Of a DNA stretch of 64,000 nucleotides, positions 1 through 10,582 are shown piece after piece (position 1 is the first letter of the stretch; each line of letters opens with the position of its first letter). Under the pieces are notes generated by a model that saw only the letters and a program-made list of their open reading frames with translations, had not been told where the DNA came from and did no database searches. Origin of the DNA: Fidelibacterota bacterium (GTDB taxonomy: Bacteria > Fidelibacterota > Marinisomatia > Marinisomatales > Marinisomataceae). The position numbers and the translations under genes are program-made. The DNA lies in the NCBI GenBank assembly GCA_965212055.1, contig OZ243041.1, positions 672,001 through 736,000 of the forward strand, read 5' to 3'.

Positions 1-21
1 TTTAATAGTGTTTTTAGCCAT
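1..21 (-). CDS. 5' end of a gene running off the left edge (MAKNTIK...)
   Basis: Minus strand reads GGAG-tttcac-ATG GCT AAA AAC ACT ATT AAA: SD-like GGAG 6 nt before an ATG at 21; only 7 codons visible. Confidence 0.45.
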
Positions 22-141
22 GTGAAACTCCGAGCGCAAAATGTCGAATAGTTAGTAAAAATAACTTTTTAGAACAAAAAGTTTTTGTTGTGGTCAACAT
101 TGGACAATTTAACAAAAAAGATAAAAAAATCCATCAGATTA

Positions 142-900
142 TTAATTGCTATCGAATTTTAACCAATTATATTTTTCGTTCGATGTAAAATAATAATAAG
201 AGTGAAAGAATAGGAAATATCCAAGACCAATTAACCCAAACCATAATTCTTTTGTAAATAAAAATATAAACAGAATTAATAACAGATATTTTTGGGCATA
301 ATGAAGATATTGTTCTGATTTTGCTATTAACGCAACTACTAAGAATGGCAAATAAACCATTGTAGCAGTAGATACAATAGGTTCATCTTGGCGTAAGGAT
401 AGAATGAGAGCTACAATAGTTAATAGAATAGATATAATCTTAATTTGCATACTACTTGAACGATATAATAAATATAATACTAAGATTAATAATGCCAATG
501 GAAACATCATTCGACCAAATATCATTACATCAATAAGTGAATAAATTGATAAAAATAATAAAAAATTGGTTTGAGAATCCATTTTGACAATTCGGAATAA
601 ACCAAAAGATTCAAATCTTTTCATTAGCCAAAGAAGGACTATAGAATGAATAAGAATATTAAAAACACCAATCAAATCTTCTCTAATCATTGAAAATAAA
701 TAATCTCTATTTAAATCAATCTCCATAAATCGATAAACTGCTATATCATAAGATTTGATTAAGTAATGTTGGAAAGCAAACATTATCCACATTGGAAAAA
801 ACATTTCAAAACGATTCAGTGAATCTGTATCAATTTTCTTAAATAAGTTACGAAGTAATTGATATTGATTTGATTCGACTGGAAAAATTCTTTTAATCAT
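142..900 (-). CDS. Hypothetical polytopic membrane protein
   Basis: 252-aa ORF with many hydrophobic segments; start overlaps the stop of the upstream transporter; no recognisable catalytic motif. Confidence 0.75.
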   Translation of the reverse strand: MIKRIFPVESNQYQLLRNLFKKIDTDSLNRFEMFFPMWIMFAFQHYLIKSYDIAVYRFMEIDLNRDYLFSMIREDLIGVFNILIHSIVLLWLMKRFESFGLFRIVKMDSQTNFLLFLSIYSLIDVMIFGRMMFPLALLILVLYLLYRSSSMQIKIISILLTIVALILSLRQDEPIVSTATMVYLPFLVVALIAKSEQYLHYAQKYLLLILFIFLFTKELWFGLIGLGYFLFFHSYYYFTSNEKYNWLKFDSN

Positions 901-2359
901 CTAGAACTTCTTCTACAGGAGCAACTTCCTGTTCAACCGGTATTTCTTCTTTAGGTGGATCTGTTTTTAATCCTTCTGAAACGGCATAAAATAAAACAAA
1001 AATGATTAGAACCGGACTTAAGAATTTTATTAAAAACCCAAAAATTGATTTATTTGATGATGATTTAAGAATTGAATTGCTAAAATAGACTGATGGCGAA
1101 TTTCCCTTTAATAGTTTTTTGACAACATTATCAATACCCCAAACATATCCTGCAAAAACAGCAATAAAGAATCCACCAAGAGGCAACAATAGATTAGAAG
1201 CAAGAAAATCTGCTACATCAAAGAAAGTAAATCCTTTGTCTTGAACAAAGAGTTTTACGTCTTCAAGTGCATTAAAAGATAATGCACATGGAATGGCAGC
1301 ACAATAAACTAATATACCCATAATCAAAGTTGCTTTTTTTCTAGAATATTTAAACTCATCTACAAGATAAGCAACACTAACTTCTAAAATGGAAATTGCA
1401 GAAGTAATTGCTGCTATTGTTAACAATACGAAAAAGGAAATTCCAAAAAAGTATGCTCCGGGGAGTTTTGCAAGCGATGTCGTTAAGACGTTAAATATTA
1501 ATCCAGGACCTCCAGCAGGTTCACCGCCAGCTGAAAATACAACGGTGAAGATAGCTACGCCTGCTAAAATAGCAATGAATGTGTCAAGAAATACTATGAT
1601 GTAAGACGCATTGACAATATCATCTTTATTAGACAAATAACTTCCGTAAGTCATCATAGCACCCATACCTAGACTTAATGTAAAAAAAGCATGTCCAAGT
1701 GCTTTTAGAAAAGTTTCTCCATTAACCGCTGACCAATCTGGGTTAAATAGAAATGATACTCCTTTGTTTGCACCATCTAGCATTAAACCTTGAGCTGCTA
1801 AAATGATTAAAATTAACAACAAAGTTGGCATTAAGAATTTACTTGCTTTCTCTAGTCCAGATTTGACACCCAATAGTATGATACCAACTACCATGAGAAA
1901 GAATGCTGTATGATATCCTATTATCCATTTAACATTACTAACACTTTCTCCAAAAAACTTCTCAGAAATCTCAAGAGTTTCGAAAGTAGAAAAAGTTCCT
2001 TTGAATGCTTCTATAGTATAGCCTAGAGACCATCCGCCAACAACGCTATAAAACGATAAAATTGTAAAACTAGCTAATACCCCTAATGCGCCTGCATATT
2101 TCCAAATTGAAGATTTACCTGCTATAGACTTAAATGCTCCAACAGGGTTTTTCTGTGTTTCTCTACCTAATAATATCTCAACATTAAGTATTGGTAACCC
2201 AATAGCCACAATACAAATAAGATAAATAAATAAAAAAGCTGCTCCGCCATTCTCTCCTGCGATATAAGGAAATTTCCAAATATTACCTAATCCAACAGCT
2301 GAACCAGCAGCAGCCAATATAAAACCTGTTCTTGAACCCCATTGTTCTCTATTGTTCAT
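893..2359 (-). CDS. Sodium-dependent transporter, NSS/SNF family
   Basis: REQWGSRTGFILAAAGSAVGLGNIWKFPY..GENGGAAF and FFTLSLGMGAMMTYGSY signatures. Start moved from 2413 to ATG 2359 (MNNREQW). Confidence 0.93.
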   Translation of the reverse strand: MNNREQWGSRTGFILAAAGSAVGLGNIWKFPYIAGENGGAAFLFIYLICIVAIGLPILNVEILLGRETQKNPVGAFKSIAGKSSIWKYAGALGVLASFTILSFYSVVGGWSLGYTIEAFKGTFSTFETLEISEKFFGESVSNVKWIIGYHTAFFLMVVGIILLGVKSGLEKASKFLMPTLLLILIILAAQGLMLDGANKGVSFLFNPDWSAVNGETFLKALGHAFFTLSLGMGAMMTYGSYLSNKDDIVNASYIIVFLDTFIAILAGVAIFTVVFSAGGEPAGGPGLIFNVLTTSLAKLPGAYFFGISFFVLLTIAAITSAISILEVSVAYLVDEFKYSRKKATLIMGILVYCAAIPCALSFNALEDVKLFVQDKGFTFFDVADFLASNLLLPLGGFFIAVFAGYVWGIDNVVKKLLKGNSPSVYFSNSILKSSSNKSIFGFLIKFLSPVLIIFVLFYAVSEGLKTDPPKEEIPVEQEVAPVEEVLDD

Positions 2360-2783
2360 CGCTATCTTCTTCCTTTGTTGGATCATTCTCTTTGACAATT
2401 CTGTCAAAGTCATCTAAATGCGCTTCAACAACCGCATCTAGAATCCCGTAAAAATACAAACCTATAGCAATCCATGCAAATCGATTTCTTTCTCGTAAAT
2501 AATAATTGCGAGAATGTTTATCTGATTCTTCATAATTACTATACTTTTCTCTATTCTCATTAAAGCTCCATAAAGCCAATATTTCCCCAGCTATTAATAC
2601 ATATCCTTTTATGTTCTGATCATTATATATCTGACCAGCACCAGGAAAAATTAAAGAACGTTTCATCGCAGTTCTTGGATCTTTTAATTGCTCACCTTCA
2701 GAACGAAAATCCATTTTCTTTTGAGGAAATACAACCGAACTAATAAAACAAACAAAAATTAATGTTCTAATTACCCTAGACAT
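2349..2783 (-). CDS. DUF5683-like membrane protein
   Basis: Signal-like N-terminus, P.TA..RSLIFPGAGQIYN and GILDAVVEAHL motifs. Confidence 0.65.
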   Translation of the reverse strand: MSRVIRTLIFVCFISSVVFPQKKMDFRSEGEQLKDPRTAMKRSLIFPGAGQIYNDQNIKGYVLIAGEILALWSFNENREKYSNYEESDKHSRNYYLRERNRFAWIAIGLYFYGILDAVVEAHLDDFDRIVKENDPTKEEDSDEQ

Positions 2784-3142
2784 TCAATTTCTACCCTAGC
2801 ACCCATTGGTAAAGCTGAAACTTGAATCGTTGAACGTGACGGATATTCGTTTTTTATTCTTTTCTCAATCTCGCTATTAATTAAAGGAGTATAACTTAAA
2901 TCAGTAACAAAAACGGTGAATTTTTTAACATCGTTTAAGTCTTTATTGTTATCCGATAAAACAGCCTCAATATTATCAAATACTTGAACAATCTCATCCT
3001 CGATAGTAGCATTATTTAACTTTACTGGATCAGAATTGGGATCAATTGGAATTTGGCCAGCTGTAACCCAACCACCATCCCTACTCAAATGCCTAAACAT
3101 TGAATATGGTCCAACAGGTTTTGGTGCTTTTAATTTATTCAT
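2771..3142 (-). CDS. ridA: RidA/YjgF family reactive intermediate deaminase
   Basis: APKPVGPYS, AGQIPIDP, PSRSTIQVSALPMGARVEIEC with the catalytic Arg. Confidence 0.88.
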   Translation of the reverse strand: MNKLKAPKPVGPYSMFRHLSRDGGWVTAGQIPIDPNSDPVKLNNATIEDEIVQVFDNIEAVLSDNNKDLNDVKKFTVFVTDLSYTPLINSEIEKRIKNEYPSRSTIQVSALPMGARVEIECLG

Positions 3143-3154
3143 TACTATATCCTT

Positions 3155-3583
3155 TTAAAGTTTGCATAAATTTAATGTAGCTAATCCTATATTATCATCA
3201 ATTTCTCTATAAGTTTTCTGATTAAAACTATGTAATATGAATTCTCCGACTGCTCCTACTTTCATCTCAAAAAGATGTCCTCCAAATACCTGCATATTAT
3301 GATCTCCAATGGCAATATGAGCATGAATAAATGGTTGATCATCTTTTAATGCTATATTGCCTTGAAATGAAATTAATTCATGCATATCATCAAATAATTT
3401 ATGGTGATATTTTTTTGCTTTAATATCATATATACCCATATCAATGTTTTTAACAGCTCCTATACCAGAAATTTGACCAGAATGTATATTATGATTGATA
3501 CAAAAATTTGTAAGTGTATCCATCACTTTTTCTTCTTTTTCTACATACACCATATATGAATTATCAATTTGTTGAAATTCCAT
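3155..3583 (-). CDS. PPC domain (DUF296) protein
   Basis: ISGIGAV, ELISFQGNI, HAHIAIGD...GGHL motifs. Confidence 0.88.
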   Translation of the reverse strand: MEFQQIDNSYMVYVEKEEKVMDTLTNFCINHNIHSGQISGIGAVKNIDMGIYDIKAKKYHHKLFDDMHELISFQGNIALKDDQPFIHAHIAIGDHNMQVFGGHLFEMKVGAVGEFILHSFNQKTYREIDDNIGLATLNLCKL

Positions 3584-6117
3584 TAAATCTTCTTTAATTC
3601 ATTTTTTATTATTTCATCAATAACAGATTGAATTTGATCTAAAGAAAATTCCGAGGATGTACCAGCCATAGCAAAATTATCTTTACCACCGCCGCCTCCA
3701 CCTAACTTTTCAGCAATACATTGTGCTAGATGACCAGCAGATAATGATTTTTCAATCAAATCCTTCGATACGCTAACTGATATCGTTTTATTTTCATTAA
3801 TAGACGTTGAAAAAACTGCGATACCTGATTTAAACTTTGTATTTAATTTTTTATTTAACTTTTTCAAACCATCAGTTGATTCTAAAGCAACTTCTTCATT
3901 TATGAATGGGACATTATCTAGATGTTTTTGATTCTCAATCATTTTATCAATATCAATAGCATTTAACATATCTGATTGATTTTTTTTCTCAAGCTCCCTC
4001 TTGTCGGAAGCTTCTTGTAAGCGATTAGTAGCATCCATTTTACTTTCAAGATAAGACCCAATATATTGACCAGTAAGAGCATGTATTCTTCGCATCCCAG
4101 ATGCAATAGCTTTGTCTTGTGTTATCATAAATTTATTGATCTCTCCAGTAGCTGAAACATGAGTCCCCCCACATAATTCTTTTGAGAAAGAACCCATAGT
4201 TAATACTCTAACTTTTTCTCCATATTTTTCACCAAATAAAGCCATAGCCCCTTCTTGTTTTGCTTCTTCCAAGGTTTTTATTTCTGTTTTTACCGATATA
4301 TTTTCAGCAATCTTATCATTAACGAGTAAATCAATTGCCTCAATATCTTTCTCAGCAAGTTTATTAGGGTGTGTAAAATCAAATCTCAAATAATCTGGGC
4401 CAACAAGTGATCCTGCTTGATTAATATGAGAACCAAGAATATCTTTTAATGCTTGATGCAATAAGTGTGTAGCAGAATGATTAGCTTTAATATCTTTTCT
4501 TCGTGAAGAATCAATTCTACAATCAACATTAAGATCTTCACTTAATGAACCTCTTTCTAAATCACAAATATGAATTATAGAATCACCACTCTTCTGAGTA
4601 TCAACAACCTTTAAAGAAAAATCTTTATTTTCTATAGAACCTGAATCACCAACTTGTCCTCCAGATTCTGCATAAAAAGGAGTTTTATCTAAAACAACAA
4701 AAACTTGGCTATCCTCATTGCCCCATTTCACTATTTTGCTTTTACTTTCTTCAGAATCATAACCAACAAACTCTGAATGACTCCCTTTATTGTCTAGCAT
4801 CCATTTAACATTGCTTCTATCAAAAGTAAATTTTTGACTACTTTTAGCAAGATCTTTCTGTTTTTGCATCTCTTTGTCAAAACCTTTTTTGTCAACATTC
4901 ATGCCTTGCTCATCTGCCATCAATTCTGTCAAATCCAAAGGAAATCCATAAGTATCATACAATTTAAATGCATCTGAACCGCTTATAGCATCAGAAGAAT
5001 TCTTTACAATTTTTTCAAATTGAATGACTCCTCTTTCAAGAGTAAGAAGGAAAGATTCTTCTTCATTTAATATGGTTTGTTCTATGTGTGTTTGTTTCTC
5101 TTTCAATTCAGGATAAGCGTCAGACATTGTGGAAACAACTGATTGGACCAATTTATATAATATTGGTTCTTTAATATCAAGATTCATTACAAATTTAGAT
5201 GCTCTTCTTAGTACTCTTCTAACAACATAGCCTCTACCTTCATTTGATGGCAATACTCCATCGGCTATAGCAAATGATAGCATTCTAATATGATCGCATA
5301 TAACATTGTATATTACTTCATTGTCGATATATTTTGTTTTCGATATTTTTTCTAAATCTGATATAGTTTCTGAAAATAAATCGGTTTCATAGTTTGAATT
5401 CTTGCCTTGAAGAACAGAACAAATTCTTTCTAGTCCCGCTCCCGTATCAACATGTTTATTGGGCAAATCTTCCAGCGTTCCATCTTTTAATCTATTATTC
5501 TGAATAAATACAAGATTCCACAATTCCCAATAATCAGATGAATTATTGACATGTTTTGCATTTTGATTCTCTAAATCGTCTCCAACATAGTAATGAATTT
5601 CAGAACAAGGACCACATGGACCTGTTTCTGCCATTTCCCAAAAGTTATCTTTCTTTCCACATTTTATAATACGACTTTTATCAATATCAGTCTCTTTCTC
5701 CCATAAACTGTATGCTTCATCATCATCTTTGAAAACTGTAACCCACAGACGAGATTTATCTAACTTCCACACTTCTGTAAATAATTCCCAAGCCCATTGG
5801 ATAGCTTCTTTTTTATAATAATCTCCAAAAGACCAATTACCTAACATTTCGAAAAATGTATGATGGAAACCATCTCTTCCAACTTCTTCTAAGTCATTGT
5901 GTTTTCCACTTACTCTAATACATTTCTGGCTATTTACTACTCTTACATATTTTGGTTTTTCTAAATCAAGAAAAATCGATTTAAACTGATTCATGCCAGC
6001 ATTTGTAAACAACAAAGATTTATCATCATAAGGTAGAACAGGAGCACTTGCAACTTTATGGTGTTTTTTGTTTTCAAAAAATTTTATAAATGATTGTCTA
6101 ATTTTCTTGCTATTCAT
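3583..6117 (-). CDS. alaS: Alanine--tRNA ligase
   Basis: LLFTNAGMNQFK, HHTFFEMLGNWSFGDY, GPCGPCSEI, DTGAGLER, editing motifs NHSATHLL and ELCGGTHV, C-terminal GGGGGG. Confidence 0.99.
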   Translation of the reverse strand: MNSKKIRQSFIKFFENKKHHKVASAPVLPYDDKSLLFTNAGMNQFKSIFLDLEKPKYVRVVNSQKCIRVSGKHNDLEEVGRDGFHHTFFEMLGNWSFGDYYKKEAIQWAWELFTEVWKLDKSRLWVTVFKDDDEAYSLWEKETDIDKSRIIKCGKKDNFWEMAETGPCGPCSEIHYYVGDDLENQNAKHVNNSSDYWELWNLVFIQNNRLKDGTLEDLPNKHVDTGAGLERICSVLQGKNSNYETDLFSETISDLEKISKTKYIDNEVIYNVICDHIRMLSFAIADGVLPSNEGRGYVVRRVLRRASKFVMNLDIKEPILYKLVQSVVSTMSDAYPELKEKQTHIEQTILNEEESFLLTLERGVIQFEKIVKNSSDAISGSDAFKLYDTYGFPLDLTELMADEQGMNVDKKGFDKEMQKQKDLAKSSQKFTFDRSNVKWMLDNKGSHSEFVGYDSEESKSKIVKWGNEDSQVFVVLDKTPFYAESGGQVGDSGSIENKDFSLKVVDTQKSGDSIIHICDLERGSLSEDLNVDCRIDSSRRKDIKANHSATHLLHQALKDILGSHINQAGSLVGPDYLRFDFTHPNKLAEKDIEAIDLLVNDKIAENISVKTEIKTLEEAKQEGAMALFGEKYGEKVRVLTMGSFSKELCGGTHVSATGEINKFMITQDKAIASGMRRIHALTGQYIGSYLESKMDATNRLQEASDKRELEKKNQSDMLNAIDIDKMIENQKHLDNVPFINEEVALESTDGLKKLNKKLNTKFKSGIAVFSTSINENKTISVSVSKDLIEKSLSAGHLAQCIAEKLGGGGGGKDNFAMAGTSSEFSLDQIQSVIDEIIKNELKKI

Positions 6118-6216
6118 TGATAGACTATTTTACGAGAATCTAAACAAATATTATATGAAAAATAATGGAACAATGTTTTTTTAGATTCTGCTCACAAAAA
6201 TTTCATAAATTGCATT

Positions 6217-6813
6217 ATGTTCAGATTGTCTTTAATCTTTTTTCTATTTTGTTCCTTATCATTTGGACAGAATAATACCATAAATGATTTGAGCATTGAT
6301 TCGAGAGAAAATGGAACAATCATTGAATTGCAATCAACAAAAAAAGTAGATCTGAAAAATATTACTGCTTGGTATTCATCAGAATGGTTTTATTTAACTG
6401 TTTATGATGCAAAAAGTGATAGTACAGAATTATTAAATACAGATTTTAGCAACCCAGTTCGAAAAATTGAAGTTGCCAATAGCGAAGAATCTACACAAAT
6501 CGCCTTACAGTTTAATAAATCAATTGAATCGTTTGAGATTATGCCACCATTGAAAAAAGGAGTTTCGCTTATTCTCCGTTTCCCACAAGAAGATATAAAA
6601 AATGACTTAGCCAATACAAATGATCTAGAAGAATTTGCAGAATATAATGAACCAGCTAAGAATAATAAATTCAAAGACAGTCTAAGAAATAAAGGCAATC
6701 CAGCAAATAAACTAATGCCTTTTGTGGGAATGATTGTTGCTGTGAGTGAGATCACTAACCCAGGAGTTTTTCTTGTTGGAACATTAATTGGGTTATCAAG
6801 CTTATTCTTCTAA
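6217..6813 (+). CDS. Hypothetical exported/membrane protein (AMIN-like N-terminal beta domain possible)
   Basis: Signal peptide-like N-terminus, beta-rich middle, hydrophobic C-terminus; 198 aa. Confidence 0.65.
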   Translation: MFRLSLIFFLFCSLSFGQNNTINDLSIDSRENGTIIELQSTKKVDLKNITAWYSSEWFYLTVYDAKSDSTELLNTDFSNPVRKIEVANSEESTQIALQFNKSIESFEIMPPLKKGVSLILRFPQEDIKNDLANTNDLEEFAEYNEPAKNNKFKDSLRNKGNPANKLMPFVGMIVAVSEITNPGVFLVGTLIGLSSLFF

Positions 6814-7758
6814 TTAAAGACTAGAAAACTTTTCTGTATACTCCAGAATCTTATCTTTTATTCCTTCTTCAAATATAGAATGTCCGGCATCTGGAATAAT
6901 GTGTAAATCTGCTTCTGGCCATGCTTGATGTAAATCCCATGCTTGTACAACCGGGCAAATAATATCATACCTTCCATGAATGATAACTCCAGGAATATGT
7001 CTAATCTTATCTACATTTTCTATAAGATGATTATTAGAATTAAACCAACAATTGTTCATAAAATAATGGCATTCAATTCTGGCGAATGCCTCCGCAAATT
7101 TTTCGTCTGAAAAATCAGAAATAAAATTTTCATCTTGCATCAGTCTTACAGTACTTCCTTCCCATGTACTCCATGCTTTTGCTGCTTCAATTTTTTTGGA
7201 ATGATCGTCACCAGTCAAAATCTCATAATAAGCTTGCATTAAATTATCTCTTTTCTCAATAGGGATAGGTGCTAAAAAAGATTCCCATCTATCTGGGAAA
7301 ATATTATTAGCTCCTTCCTGATAAAACCAATCTATCTCTTTCTTTCGCACTAAAAAGATTCCCCTAAGAATTAAACCCTTACATGAATTAGGGTAAGTCT
7401 GACTATATGCTAGTGATAATGTACTTCCCCAGCTCCCACCAAAAACAACCCAATCCTCAATAGAAAGGTGATTACGAATCTTTTCAATATCATCTACTAA
7501 ATCCCATGTAGTATTTTCTTTTAATTCTGCAAAAGGAGTGCTTTTTCCACATCCGCGTTGATCAAACATGATAATGCGCCATTTATCTGGATTAAAATAT
7601 CTTCTATATTTTGGATCTACTCCTCCCCCTGGTCCACCATGTAAAAAAATGACAGGTTTACCATTTTTATTTCCTGACTCTTCTACATAGATAGTATGTA
7701 AATCAGAGACTGGTAAATGAAAGGTATTAAAAGGTTCAATATTAGGAAATAATTCCAT
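6814..7758 (-). CDS. pip: Prolyl aminopeptidase (S33)
   Basis: FLHGGPGGG, FDQRGCGKS, GGSWGSTL nucleophile elbow, AFARIECHYF, GRYD, AGHS. Confidence 0.97.
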   Translation of the reverse strand: MELFPNIEPFNTFHLPVSDLHTIYVEESGNKNGKPVIFLHGGPGGGVDPKYRRYFNPDKWRIIMFDQRGCGKSTPFAELKENTTWDLVDDIEKIRNHLSIEDWVVFGGSWGSTLSLAYSQTYPNSCKGLILRGIFLVRKKEIDWFYQEGANNIFPDRWESFLAPIPIEKRDNLMQAYYEILTGDDHSKKIEAAKAWSTWEGSTVRLMQDENFISDFSDEKFAEAFARIECHYFMNNCWFNSNNHLIENVDKIRHIPGVIIHGRYDIICPVVQAWDLHQAWPEADLHIIPDAGHSIFEEGIKDKILEYTEKFSSL

Positions 7759-7816
7759 AGTAAAATTTAATAATTTATCCTAATATAATGCTCGGAAAAC
7801 ATTGAAAGTTTGAAAA

Positions 7817-8938
7817 ATGAACATTGGTGTATTAAAAGAAACAAAATCGCTTGAAAAAAGAGTGGCTATTATTCCTTCTACGGTTAGCGATTTAACAAAA
7901 AAAGGTTACTCGTTTTGCGTAGAAAAAGATGCTGGCAATCTTTCACATTATTCAAACCAATCATTTATCGATGCTGGCGCTAAATTGGTAGAAAAAAATG
8001 ATGTATTTAATTGTGATATAATTGTAAAAGTTAATACCCCAACTGAAGATGAAATGCGTTCATTAAATTCAAATTCTTTGCTGATTTCATTATTTCAAAC
8101 AATTAAAGATATTGATTTAGTCAAAACACTAAAAGAAAAACAAGCTTCAGCTTTTTCGTTAAATCTACTTCCAAGAACTACTCTAGCTCAAAAAATGGAT
8201 GTTTTAAGTTCTCAAGCTAGTATTGCTGGTTATAAAGCAGTATTGATTGGAGCAAACCATATTGGAAAATATATGCCTTTATTGATGACACCTGCTGGAA
8301 CAATTTCTCCAGCAAGAACATTGGTAATTGGAGCCGGAGTTGCCGGATTACAAGCAATTGCAACTTCAAAAAGACTTGGATCAAAAGTAGAAGCATTTGA
8401 CGTAAGGCCAGAAGTAAAAGAACAGGTAGAAAGCTTGGGAGCAAAATTTGTAGAAGTAGAAAATGATGGTGGAGATGGAGTAGGTTCAGGTGGATATGCT
8501 AAAGAAACAAGCGAAGAGTATAAAAAACGTCAACAAGAAGTAATGAAAGAAAAAATTGCCAAATCTGACTTAGTTATTACAACAGCATTGGTTCCAAATA
8601 AACCTGCACCAACGCTAATTCCTACCAGCATGGTTGATTTAATGCAACCAGGATCTGTTATTATGGATTTAGCTGCTGAAAATGGAGGAAATTGTGAATT
8701 AACAACAACAGATGAAGTTGTTCATCACAACGGTATACTAATTGATGGAAATAGTAACTTTCCAAGCACTATGGCAACACATGCTAGCCAACTTTTCTCA
8801 AAAAATATTCAAGCTATTATTGAACATTGCCATACTGAAAATGGGTTTGAGCTTAATAAAGAAGATGAAATCATTGATGGAATGCTTTTTATCGAAAAAG
8901 GTGAAGTCAGACATGAACCAACCAAAGAGGCACTATAA
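7817..8938 (+). CDS. pntA: NAD(P) transhydrogenase subunit alpha part 1 (domain I)
   Basis: EKRVA, PRTTLAQKMDVLSSQ..IAGYKAV, GAGVAGLQA, GGYAKE, DLAAENGGNCE. Confidence 0.96.
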   Translation: MNIGVLKETKSLEKRVAIIPSTVSDLTKKGYSFCVEKDAGNLSHYSNQSFIDAGAKLVEKNDVFNCDIIVKVNTPTEDEMRSLNSNSLLISLFQTIKDIDLVKTLKEKQASAFSLNLLPRTTLAQKMDVLSSQASIAGYKAVLIGANHIGKYMPLLMTPAGTISPARTLVIGAGVAGLQAIATSKRLGSKVEAFDVRPEVKEQVESLGAKFVEVENDGGDGVGSGGYAKETSEEYKKRQQEVMKEKIAKSDLVITTALVPNKPAPTLIPTSMVDLMQPGSVIMDLAAENGGNCELTTTDEVVHHNGILIDGNSNFPSTMATHASQLFSKNIQAIIEHCHTENGFELNKEDEIIDGMLFIEKGEVRHEPTKEAL

Positions 8939-9219
8939 TGTTAGATCCAGGAACAATTAATTTATTAACAATTTTTATATTAGCAATCTTTGTTGGTAAT
9001 GAAGTGATTTCAAAAGTTCCACCAACTCTTCATACCCCTTTAATGTCTGGTTCTAATGCTATTTCAGGAATTGCGGTTGTCGGAGCAATACTTGCAATAC
9101 AGACAGAAGGCACATTAGGCACTTATCTTGGCTTAGCCGCATTAATTTTTGCAACTATTAATGTTGTAGGTGGATTTTTAGTAACTGATAGAATGTTAAG
9201 GATGTTTAAGAAAAAATGA
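8938..9219 (+). CDS. pntA: NAD(P) transhydrogenase subunit alpha part 2 (membrane)
   Basis: VPPTLHTPLMSGSNAISG and INVVGGFLVTDRML; TAATG-coupled to alpha-1 (split-alpha architecture). Confidence 0.95.
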   Translation: MLDPGTINLLTIFILAIFVGNEVISKVPPTLHTPLMSGSNAISGIAVVGAILAIQTEGTLGTYLGLAALIFATINVVGGFLVTDRMLRMFKKK

Positions 9220-10568
9220 ATTTATTTTATCTCATAGCAGCAGTATGTTTTATTATTGGGCTTAAACGTCTATCTCATCCAAAAACAGCACGCAGTGGAA
9301 ATTTTATCGCAGCTATTGGAATGTTGGTAGCAATTGCAGCAACACTATTCTCTTCAGGAAAACTAGACTTAGAATTAATCGCTATAGGGTTTATCATTGG
9401 TGGTAGTATTGGTGCATTATTTGCTACACGAATCCAAATGACAGAAATGCCACAAATGGTAGCTATTTTTAATGGATTTGGTGGTGGCGCATCAGCATTG
9501 GTTGCATCTTCAACATTTCTTACTTCACCTGAAAGTAAGTTTTTGATTGTATGTATTAGTGTATTAATTGGGACTTTAACATTTTCTGGAAGTTTTATTG
9601 CATTTGGTAAACTACAAGGTTTTATATCAGGAAAACCAATTGTCTTCAAAGGACAACAATTTCTTAATGCCTTAGCTTTCAGTGCAATTATCATCCTATT
9701 ATCTATTAATAATCTAGGAATTCTTGATAGCCAATCAATATTCTATGCTGTGGTAGCATTGTCTTTCATATTAGGTATTGGTTTAGTTGTTCCAATTGGT
9801 GGCGCAGATATGCCTGTTGTGATTTCATTACTTAATTCTTATTCAGGAATAGCAGCAACTGCAACAGGATTTTTAATTGGGAATAACGGGTTAATTATTA
9901 GTGGATCTTTAGTGGGTGCTTCAGGACTGATTTTAACCAATATTATGTGTAAAGGCATGAATCGTTCTTTAGCGAATGTTATTTTTGGAGCGGTCGGACT
10001 AGAAGTAGCAAGCGGTGATGGTAGCCAGAAGGAAATGAATATTAAAAGTTATTCTACTACTGAAGCAGCAATGATTCTTGATTCCGCTGAAAAAATTATT
10101 ATTGTTCCAGGTTATGGACTTGCGGTTGCAAAAGCACAACATGTTGCAAGAGAAGTTGCTGATACTTTAGAAGCGCAAGGCAAAAAAGTTCTGTATGGAA
10201 TTCATCCAGTGGCTGGAAGAATGCCAGGTCATATGAATGTACTATTAGCTGAAGCTGATGTTTCTTATGATTTATTAAAAGATTTAGATGAAATCAACCC
10301 AGAATTTGAGGATTGTGATGTTGCCTTAATTCTTGGTGCAAATGATGTAGTTAATCCAGCAGCAAGGCACGATCAATCTAGCCCTATTTATGGAATGCCT
10401 ATCCTTGATGTCGATAAATCTCGTACGGTAATTATCAACAAAAGAAGTATGAATCCTGGATTCGCTGGCATACAAAATGAATTGTTCGGATATGATAATT
10501 CTATCATGGTATTTGGCGATGCTAAAGACATGCTCAATGACCTTCTAAAAGAAATCAAAGAATTATAG
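9216..10568 (+). CDS. pntB: NAD(P) transhydrogenase subunit beta
   Basis: MTEMPQMVA, IGGADMPVVISLLNSYSG, PGYGLAVA, HPVAGRMPGHMNVLLAEA, GANDVVNP. Confidence 0.97.
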   Translation: MNLFYLIAAVCFIIGLKRLSHPKTARSGNFIAAIGMLVAIAATLFSSGKLDLELIAIGFIIGGSIGALFATRIQMTEMPQMVAIFNGFGGGASALVASSTFLTSPESKFLIVCISVLIGTLTFSGSFIAFGKLQGFISGKPIVFKGQQFLNALAFSAIIILLSINNLGILDSQSIFYAVVALSFILGIGLVVPIGGADMPVVISLLNSYSGIAATATGFLIGNNGLIISGSLVGASGLILTNIMCKGMNRSLANVIFGAVGLEVASGDGSQKEMNIKSYSTTEAAMILDSAEKIIIVPGYGLAVAKAQHVAREVADTLEAQGKKVLYGIHPVAGRMPGHMNVLLAEADVSYDLLKDLDEINPEFEDCDVALILGANDVVNPAARHDQSSPIYGMPILDVDKSRTVIINKRSMNPGFAGIQNELFGYDNSIMVFGDAKDMLNDLLKEIKEL

Positions 10569-10582
10569 AGAAAAAATAAATA

